Positions 52,835-64,000 of a stretch of 64,000 nt of DNA are shown piece after piece (positions within the stretch are counted from its first letter, which is position 1; each line of letters starts with the position of its first letter). Position numbers and translations under genes: made by a program. Origin of the DNA: Eledone cirrhosa (lineage: Eukaryota); contig OZ024741.1 of the NCBI GenBank assembly GCA_964016885.1, positions 1,674,001 through 1,738,000 of the forward strand, given 5' to 3'. Under the pieces are notes generated by a model. It ran no database searches, was not told the origin of the DNA, and worked only from the letters and a program-made list of their open reading frames with translations.

Positions 52835-53207
52835 TATATAATTACGAGCTGAGGATCCGCTAAGGTGAAACAATTCTTCTTGGTATGGTGAACAAACTGT
52901 TGTGTAATAATTCTACCTAACTCGTCCCATGGACAGAGTGCTCTACCACTACGCATATTACCTTCCAGTGTTCTACCACTATAAATATATATATATATAT
53001 ATATGAAATGTGTGTGTCCCTAAGGGTATGACCATGATAATAGGGGGTAGGGGATAGATGATATCTATAAATAATAGTAGAGAAAGTCGTGTTAAGTAAG
53101 TCTGGTAAAATGGGGACAAATGCGAGAAAACATGTGACAACCGAAAGGAATTAGAAAATATTTATTTCCTCTACCCACGTTAGCAATTATTAAAAAACGT
53201 AAGAAAT

Positions 53208-56200
53208 TATATTGGTATATAGTATATTGACTGGTGTTACCTCTCCTGGGTATATTGGTATATAGTATATTGACTGGTGTTACCTCTCCTGGGTATATTG
53301 GTATATAGTATATAGACTGGTGTTACCTCTCCTGGGTATATTGGTATATAGTATATAGACTGGTGTTACCTTTCCTGGGTATATTGGTATATAGTATATA
53401 GACTGGTGTTACCTGTCCTGGGTATATTGGTATATAGTATATAGACTGGTGTTACCTGTCCTGGGTATATTGGTATATAGTATATAAACTGGTGTTACCT
53501 CTCCTGGGTATATTGGTATATAGTATATAGACTGGTGTTACCTTTCCTGGGTATATTGGTATATAGTATATAGACTGGTGTTACCTCTCCTGGGTATATT
53601 GGTATATAGTATATTGACTGGTGTTACCTCTCCTGGGTATATTGGTATATAGTATATAGACTGGTGTTACCTTTCCTGGGTATATTGGTATATAGTATAT
53701 AGACTGGTGTTACCTGTCCTGGGTATATTGTTATATAGTATATAGACTGGTGTTACCTGTCCTGGGTATATTGCTATATAGTATATAGATTAGTGTTACC
53801 TCTCCTGGGTATATTGGTATATAGTATATAGACTGGTGTTACCTGTCCTGAGTATATTGGTATATAGTATATAGACAGGTGTTACCTCTCCTGGGTATAT
53901 TGGTATATAGTATATAGACTGGTGTTACCCTGTCCTGGGTATATTGGTATATAGTATATAGACTGGTGTTACCGGTCCTGGGTATATTGGTATATAGTAT
54001 ATAGACTGGTGTTACCTGTCCTGTGTATATTGGTATATAGTATATAGACTGGTGTTACCTGGCCTGGGTATATTGGTATATAGTATATAGACTGGTGTTA
54101 CCTCTCCTGGGTATATTGGTATATAGTATATAGACGGGTGTTACATCTACCTGGTATATTGGTATATAGTATATAGACTGGTGTTACCTGTCCTGGGTAT
54201 ATTGGTATATAGTATATAGACTGGTGTTACCTCTCCTGGGTATCTTAGTATATAGTATATAGACTGGTGTTACCTCTCCTGGGTATATTGGTATATAGTA
54301 TACAGACTGGTGTCACCTCTACATGTATATTGGTATATAGTATATAGACTGGTGTTACCTGGCCTGGGTATATTGGTATATAGTATATAGACAGGTGTTA
54401 CCTCTCTGGGTATATTGGTATATACTATATAGACTGGTGTTACCTCTCCTGGGTATATTGGTAATATACAATATAGACTGGTGTTACCTGTCCTGGGTAT
54501 ATCGGTATATAGTATATAGACTGGTGTTACCTCTCCTGGGTATATTAGTATATAGTATATATACTGGTGTTACCTCTCCTGGGTATATTGGTATATAGTA
54601 TACAGACTGGTGTTACCTCTCCTGGGTATATTGGTATATAGTATATAGACAGGTGTTACCTCTCGGGGTATATTGGTATATACTATATAGACTGGTGTTA
54701 CCTCTCCTGGGTATATTGGTAATATACAATATAGACGGTGTTACCTGTATGGGTATATCGGTATATAGTATATAGACTGGTGTTACCTCTCCTGGGTTTA
54801 TTGGTATATAGTATATAGACTGGTGTTACCACTCCTGGGTATATTGGTAAATAATATATAGACTGGTGTTACCTGTCCTGGGTATATTGGTATATGGTAT
54901 ATAGACTGGTGTTACCTCTCCCTGACATATTGGTAAATAGTATTTAGACTGGGGTTACCTGTACTGGGTATATTGGTATATAGTATATAGACTGGTGTTA
55001 CCTCTCCTGGGTGTATTGGTATATAGTAAATATACAGGTGTTACCTCTCCTGGCTATATTGGTATATAGTATTTAGACAGGTGTTACCTTTCCTGGGTAT
55101 ATTGGTATATAGTATATAGACTGGTGTTACCTCTCGCAGGTATATTGGTATATAGTATATAGACTGGTGTTACATGTCCTGGGTATATTGGTATATAGCA
55201 TATAGACTGGTGTTACCTCGACTGGCTATATTGGTATATAGTATATAGACTGGTGTTACCTGCCCTGGGTATATTGGTATATAGTATATAGACTAGTGTT
55301 ACCTCTCCTGGGTATATTGGTATATAGTATATAGAGTGGTGTTACCATTCCTGGGTATATTGGTATATAGTATATTGACTGGTAATACCTCTCCTGGGTA
55401 TATTGGTATATAGTATATAGACTGGTGTTACCTTTCCTGGGTATATTGGTATATAGCATATATACTGGTGTTACCTCTCCTGGCTATATTGGTATATAGT
55501 ATATAGACTGGTGTTACCTGCCCTGGGTATATTGGTATATAGTATATAGACTAGTGTTACCTCTCCTGGGTATATTGGTATATAGTATATAGAGTGGTGT
55601 TGCCATTCCTGGGTATATTGGTATATAGTATATAGACTGGTGTTACCTTTCCTGGGTATATTGGTATATAGTATATAGACTGGTGTTACCTGCCCTGGGT
55701 ATATTGGTATATAGTATATAGAGAGGTGTTACCATTCCTGGGTATATTGCTATATAGTATATAGACTAGTGTTACCTCTCCTGGGTATATTGGTATATAG
55801 TATACGGACTGGTGTTACCTGTCCTGGGTATATTGGTATATAGTATATATACAAGTGTTACCTCTCCTGGCTATATTGGTATATAGTATATAGACTGGTG
55901 TTACCTTTCCTGGGTATATTGGTATATAGTATATAGACTGGTGTTACCTCTCGCAGGTATATTGGTATATAGTATATAGACTGGTGTTACATGTCCTGGG
56001 TATATTGGTATATAGCATATAGACTGGTGTGACCTCTCCTGACTATATTGGTATATAGTATATAGACTAGTGTTACCTCTCCTGGGTATAGTGGTATATA
56101 GTATATAGAGTGGTGTTACCATTCCTGGGTATATTGGTATATAGTATATTGACTGGTAAAACCTCTCCTGGGTATATTGGTATATAGTATATAGACTGCT

Positions 56201-59200
56201 GTTACCTGTCCTGGGTATATTGGTATATAGTATATAGACTGGTGTTACCTATCCTGGGTGTATTGGTATATAGTATATTGACTGGTGTTACCTGCCCTGG
56301 GTATATTGGTATATAGTATATAGACTAGTGTTACCTCTCCTGGGTATATTGGTATATAGTATATAGTGTGGTGTTACCATTCCTGGGTATATTGGTATAT
56401 AGTATATAGACAGGTGTTACCTCTCCTGGGTATATTGGTATATAGTATATAGACTGGTGTTACCTGTCCTGGGTATATTGGTATATAGTATATAGACTGG
56501 TGTTACCTGTCCTGGGTATATAGGTATATAGTATATAGACTGGTGTTACCTGTCCTGGGTATATTGGTATATAGTATATAGACTGGTGTTACCTCTCCTG
56601 GGTATATTGGTATATAGTATATAGACGGGTGTTACATCTACCTGGTATATTGGTATATAGTATATAGACTGGTGTTACCTGTCCTGGGTATATTGGTATA
56701 TAGTATATAGACTGGTATTACCTCTCCTGGGTATATTAGTATATAGTATAAAGACTGGTGTTACCTCTCCTGGGTCTATTGGTATATAGTATACAGACTG
56801 GTGTTACCTCTCCTGGGTATATTGGTAATATACAATATAGACTGGTGTTACCTGTCCTGGGTATATCGGTATATAGTATATAGACTGGTGTTACCTCTCT
56901 GGGTATATTGGTTTATACTATATAGACTGGTGTTACCTCTCCTGGGTATATTGGTAATATACAATATAGACTGGTGTTACCTGTCCTGGGTATATCGGTA
57001 TATAGTATATAGACTGGTGTTTCCTCTCCTGGGTATATTAGTATATAGTATATAGACTGGTATTACCTCTCCTGGGTATATTGGTATATAGTATACAGAC
57101 TGGTGTTACCTCCTCTGGGTATATTGGTATATAGTATATAGACAGGTGTTACCGCTCTGGGTATATTGGTATATACTATATAGACTGGTGTTACTTCTCT
57201 GGGTATATTGGTAATATACAATATAGACTGGTGTTACATGTCCTGGATATATCGGTATATAGTATATAGACTGGTGTTACCTCTTCTGGGTTTATTGGTA
57301 TATAGTATATAGACTGGTGTTACCGCTCCTGGGTATATTGGTATATAATATATAGACTGGTGTTACCTGTCCTGCGTGTATTGGTATATAGTATATAGAC
57401 AGGTGTTACCTCTCCCTGATATATTGGTAAATAGTATATAGACTGGGGTTACCTGTACTGGGTATATTGGTATATAGTATATAGACTGGTGTTACCTCTC
57501 CTGGGTGTATTGGTATATAGTGTATATACAGGTGTTAACTCTCCTGGCTATATTGGTATATAGTATATAGACTGGTGTTACCTTTCCTGGGTATATTGGT
57601 ATATAGTATATAGACTGGTGTTACCTCTCGCAGGTATATTGGTATATAGTATATAGACTGGTGTTACATGTCCTGGGTATATTGGTATATAGCATATAGA
57701 CTGGTGTTACCTCTCCTGGCTATATTGGTATATGGTATATAGACTGGTGTTACCTGCCCTGGGTATATTGGTATATAGTATATAGACTAGTGTTACCTCT
57801 CCTGGGTATATTGGTATATAGTATATAGAGTGGTGTTACCATTCCTGGGTATATTGGTATATAGTATATTGACTGGTAATACCTCTCCTGGGTATATTGG
57901 TATATAGTATGTAGACTGGTGTTACCCTGTCCTGGGTATATTGGTATATAGTATATAGACTGGTGTTACCTGTCTTGGGTATATTGCAATAAAGTATATA
58001 GACTGGTGTTACCTGTCCTGGGTATATTTCTATATAGTATATAGACTAGTGTTACCTCTCCTGGGTATATTGGTATATAGTATATGGACTGGTGTTACCT
58101 GTCCTGGGTATATTGGTATATAGTATATATACAGGTGTTACCTCTCCTGGCTATATTGGTATATAGTATATAGACTGGTGTTACCTTTCCTGGGTATATT
58201 GGTATATAGTATATAGACTGGTGTTACATGTCCTGGGTATATTGGTATATAGCATATAGACTGGTGTTACCTCTCCTGGCTATATTGGTATATAGTATAT
58301 AGACTAGTGTTACCTCTCCTGGGTATAGTGGTATATAGTATATAGAGTGGTGTTACCATTCCTGGGTATATTGGTATATAGTATATTGACTGGTAATACC
58401 TCTCCTGGGTATATTGGTATATAGTATATAGACTGGTGTTACCTGTCCTTGTTATATTGGTATATAGTATATAGACTGGTGTTACCTGTACTGGGTATAT
58501 TGTTATATAGTATATAGACTGTTGTTTCCTGCTCTGGGTATATTGGTATATAGTATATAGACTAGTGTTACCTCTCTTGGGTATATTGGTATATAGTATA
58601 TAGAGTGGTGTTACCACTCCTGGGTATATTGGTATATAGTATATTGACTGGTAATACATCTCCTGGGTATATTGGTAAATAGTATATAGTCTGGTGTTAC
58701 CCTGTCCTGGGTATATTGGTATATAGTATATAGACTCGTGTTACCTTTCCTGGGTATATTGGTATATAGTATATAGACTGGTGTTACTTCTCGCAGGTAT
58801 ATTGGTATATAGTATATAGACTGGTGTTACATGTCCTGGGTATATTGGTATATAGCATATAGACTGGTGTTACCTCGACTGGCTAAATTGGTATATAGTA
58901 TATAGACTGGTGGTACCTGCCCTGGGTATATTGGTATATAGTATTTAGAGTGGTGTTACCATTCCTGGATATATTGGTATATAGTATATTGACTGGTAAT
59001 AGCTCTCCTGGGTATATTGGTATATACTATGTAGACTGGTGTTACCCTGTCCTGGGTATATTGGTATATAGTATATAGACTGGTGTTACCTGTCTTGGGT
59101 ATATTGCAATAAAGTATATAGACTGGTGTTACCTGTCCTGGATATATTTCTATATAGTATATAGACTAGTGTTACCTCTCCTGGGTATATTGGTATATAG

Positions 59201-62200
59201 TATATAGACTGGTGTTACCTCTGCTGGGTATATTGGTATATAGTATATAGACTGGTGTTACCTCTCCTGGGTATATTGGTATATAGTATATAGACTGGCG
59301 TTACATCTCCTGGGAATATTGGTATATATAATCTAGACTGGTGTTACCTGTCCTGCGTATATTGGTTTATAGTATATAGACTGGTGTTACCTCTCGCAGG
59401 TATATTGGTATATAGTATATAGACTGGTCTTACATGTCCTGGGTATATTGGTATATAGTATATAGACAGGTGTTACCTCTCCTGGGTATATTGGTATATA
59501 GTATATAGACTGGTTTTACCTCTCCTGGCTATATTGGTATATAGTATATAGGCTGGTGTTACATGTCCTGGGTATATTTGGTATATAGTATATAGACTGG
59601 TGTTACCTCTCGCAGGTATATTGGTATATAGTATATAGACTGGTGTTACATGTCTTGGGTATATTGGTATATAGTATATGGACTGGTGTTACCTGTCCTG
59701 GGTATATTGCTATATAGTATATAGACTGGTGTTACCTGTTCTGGGTATATTGGTATATAGTATATTGACTGGTGCTACCTCTCCTGGCTATATTGGTATA
59801 TAGTACATAGACTGGTGTTACCTGTCTTGGGTATATTGGTATATAGTATATAGACTGGTGTTAACTGTACTGGGTATATTGATATATAGTATATAGACAG
59901 GTGTTACATCTCCAGGGTATATTGGTATATAGTATATAGACTGGTGTTTCCTGTCCTGGGTATATTGGTATATAGTATATTGACTGGTGTTACCTCTCCT
60001 GGCTATATTGCTATATAGTACATAGACTGGTGTTACCTGTCTTGGGTATATTGGTATATAGTATATAGGCTGGTGTTACCTGTCCTGGGTATATTGGTAT
60101 ATAGTATATAGACAGGTGTTACCTGTCCTGGGTATATAGGTATATAGTATATAGACTCGTGTTACCTCTCCTGGGTATATTGGTATATAGTATATAGACT
60201 GGTGTTACCTCTCCTGTGTATATTGGTATATAGTATATAGACTGGTGTTACATGTCTTGGGTATATTGGTATATAGTATATGGACTGGTGTTACCTGTCC
60301 TGGGTATATTGCTATATAGTATATAGACTGGTGTTACCTGTTCTGGGTATATTGGTATATAGTATATTGACTGGTGCTACCTCTCCTGGCTATATTGGTG
60401 TATAGTATATAGACTGGTGTTACCTCTCCCTGGTATATTGGTATATAGTATATAGACAGGTGTTACCTGTCCTGGGTATATAGGTATATAGTATATAGAC
60501 TCGTGTTACCTCTCCTGGGTATATTGGTATATAGTATATAGACTGGTGTTACCTCTCCTGTGTATATTGGTATATAGTATATAGAATGGTGTACCCTCTC
60601 TTGGGTATATTGGTATATAGTATATAGAATGGTGTTACATCTCCTGGGTATATTGGTATATATAATCTAGACTGGTGTTACCTGTCCTGCGTATATTGGT
60701 TTATAGTATATAGACTGGTGTTACCTCTCGCAGGTATATTGGTATATAGTATATAGACTGGTGTTACATGTCCTGGGTATATTGGTATATAGTATATAGA
60801 CAGGTGTTACCTGTCCTGGGTATATTGGTATATAGTATATAGACTGGTTTTACCTCTCCTGGCTATATTGGTATATAGTATATAGGCTGGTGTTACATGT
60901 CCTGGGTTTATTGGTATATAGTATATAGACTGGTGTTACCTCTCATGGCTATATTGGTATATAGTATATAGACTGGTGTTACCTGTCCTGGTTATATTGG
61001 TATATTGTATATAGACTGGTGTTACCTGTCCTGGGTATATTGGTATATAGTATATTGACTGGTGTTACCTCTCCTGGCTATATTGCTATATAGTACATAG
61101 ACTGGTGTTACCTGTCTTGGGTATATTGGTATATAGTATATAGGCTGGTGTTACCTGTCCTGGGTATATTGGTATATAGTATATAGACTGGTGTTACCTC
61201 TCCTGGGTATATTGGTATATAGTATATAGAGTGGTGTTACCATTCCTGGGTATATTGGTATATAGTATATAGACTGGTGTTACATATCCTGGGTATATTG
61301 GTATATAGTATATAGACTGGTGTTACCTGTACTGGGTATATTGGTATATAGTATATAGACAGGTGTTACCTGTACTGGGTATATTGGTATATAGTATATA
61401 GACAGGTGTTACATCTCCAGGGTATATTGGTATACAGTATATAGACTGGTGTTACCTGTCCTGGGTATATTGGTATATAGTATATATACTGGTGTTACCT
61501 GTACTGGGTATATTGGTATATAGTATATAGACAGGTGTTACATCTCCAGGGTATATTGGTATACAGTATATAGACTGGTGTTACCTGTCCTGGGTATATA
61601 GTATACACACTGGTGTAACCTCTCCTGGGTATATTGGTGTATAGTATATAGACTGGTGTTACCTCTCCCTGGTATATTGGTATATAGTATATAGACAGGT
61701 GCTACCTGTCCTGGGTATATTGGTATATAGTATATAGACTGGTGTTACCTCTCCTGGGTATATTGGTATATAGTATATAGCCTGGTGTTACCTGTCCTGT
61801 GTATATTGGTGTATAGTATATATACTGGTGTTACCTCTCCCTGGTATATTGGTATATAGTATATAGACTGGTGTTACCTCTCCTGGGTATATTGGTAAAT
61901 AGTATATAGACTGGTGTTACCTCTCCTGTTATATTGGTATATAGTATACAGACAGGTGTTACCTCGCCAGGTTATATTACTATATAGTATATAGACTGGT
62001 GTTACCAATCCTGGGTATTTGGTATATAGTATATAGACTGGTGTTACCTTTCCTGGGTATATTGGTATATAGTATATAGACTGGTGTTACCTCTCGCAGG
62101 TATATTGGTATATAGTATATAGACTGGTGTTACATGTCCTGGGTATATTGGTATATAGCATATAGACTGGTGTTACCTCTCCTGGCTATATTGGTATATG

Positions 62201-64000
62201 GTATATAGACTGGTGTTACCTGCCCTGGGTATATTGGTATATAGTATATAGACTAGTGTTACCTCTCCTGGGTATATTGGTATATAGTATATAGAGTGGT
62301 GTTACCATTCCTGGGTATATTGGTATATAGTATATTGACTGGTAATACCTCTCCTGGGTATATTGGTATATAGTATGTAGACTAGTGTTACCCTGTCCTG
62401 GGTATATTGGTATATAGTATATAGACTGGTGTTACCTGTCTTGGGTATATTGCAATAAAGTATATAGACTGGTGTTACCTGTCCTGGGTATTTTTCTATA
62501 TAGTATATAGACTAGTGTTACCTCTCCTGGGTATATTGGTATATAGTATATGGACTGGTGTTACCTGTCCTGGGTATATTGGTATATAGTATATATACAG
62601 GTGTTACCTCTCCTGGCTATATTGGTATATAGTATATAGACTGGTGTTACCTTTCCTGGGTATATTGGTATATAGTATATAGACTGGTGTTACATGTCCT
62701 GGGTATATTGGTATATAGCATATAGACTGGTGTTACCTCTCCTGGCTATATTGGTATATAGTATATAGACTAGTGTTACCTCTCCTGGGTATAGTGGTAT
62801 ATAGTATATAGAGTGGTGTTACCATTCGTGGGTATATTGGTATATAGTATATTGACTGGTAATACCTCTCCTGGGTATATTGGTATATAGTATATAGACT
62901 GGTGTTACATGTCCTTGTTATATTGGTATATAGTATATAGACTGGTGTTACCTGTACTGGGTATATTGTTATATAGTATATAGACTGTTGTTACCTGCTC
63001 TGGGTATATTGGTATATAGTATATAGACTAGTGTTACCTCTCTTGGGTATATTGGTATATAGTATATAGAGTGGTGTTACCACTCCTGGATATATTGGTA
63101 TATAGTATATTGACTGGTAATACATCTCCGGGGTATATTGGTAAATAGTATATAGTCTGGTGTTACCCTGTCCTGGGTATATTGGTATATAGTATATAGA
63201 CTCGTGTTACCTTTCCTGGGTATATTGGTATATAGTATATAGACTGGTGTTACTTCTCGCAGGTATATTGGTATATAGTATATAGACTGGTGTTAAATGT
63301 CCTGGGTATATTGGTATATAGCATATAGACTGGTGTTACCTCGACTGGCTAAATTGGTATATAGTATATAGACTGGTGGTACCTGCCCTGGGTATATTGG
63401 TATATAGTATATAGACTAGTGTTACCTCTCCTGGGTATATTGGAATATAGTATTTAGAGTGGTGTTACCATTCCTGGATATATTGGTATATAGTATATTG
63501 ACTGGTAATACCTCTCCTGGGTATATTGGTATATAGTATGTAGACTGGTGTTACCCTGTCCTGGGTATATTGGTATATAGTATATAGACTGGTGTTACCT
63601 GTCTTGGGTATATTGCAATAAAGTATATAGACTGGTGTTACCTGTCCTGGGTATATTTCTATATAGTATATAGACTCGTGTTACCTCTCCTGGGTATATT
63701 GGTATATAGTATATAGACTGGTGTTACCTCTGCTGGGTATATTGGTATATAGTATATAGACTGGTGTTACCTCTCCTGGGTATATTGGTATATAGTATAT
63801 AGACTGGCGTTACATCTCCTGGGTATATTGGTATATATAATATAGACTGGTGTTACCTGTCCTGCGTATATTGGTTTATAGTATATAGCCTGGTGTTACC
63901 TCTCCCTGTCATATTGTTATATAGTATATAGACTGGTGTTACCTGTCCAGGATATATTAGTTTATAGTATATAGACAGGTGTTACCGGTCCTGGGTATAT
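53208..64000. repeat. 43-bp tandem satellite, consensus GGTATATTGGTATATAGTATATAGACTGGTGTTACCT(C/G)TCCTG, ~250 monomers, open at the window end
   Basis: ACTGGTGTTAC recurs at 53230, 53273 and onward to the end. Confidence 0.98.

Noticed and set aside
54395-58659. Short hydrophobic ORFs in the 43-bp satellite
   Set aside because: They arise where point variants remove recurring stops.

Overview
Gene-free, repeat-dominated animal DNA, probably Octopus or a related cephalopod (inferred from recalled SINE motifs and microsatellite style, not from a search). Two satellite arrays frame the window: a 28-bp array at 1-25198 with an 8.4-kb internal tandem duplication, and a 43-bp array at 53208-64000. 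The 28 kb between them holds mobile DNA. It includes five head-to-tail Tx1/L1-type non-LTR retrotransposon insertions, all at the same phase of one (TATC)n microsatellite, with traceable target-site duplications (30626-40715). It also includes three CRE-type retrotransposon 3' relics (one amplified into a 49-bp minisatellite), a 1.6-kb foldback palindrome, a near-perfect ~115-nt hairpin, a decayed RTE LINE, tRNA-derived SINEs and a non-autonomous Helitron with a doubled 3' terminus. No host protein-coding gene is supported; the ORFs in the satellites and microsatellites are repeat artefacts. The best candidate for an undescribed system is the (TATC)n/(GATA)n-targeting Tx1 family whose target duplications create new landing sites.
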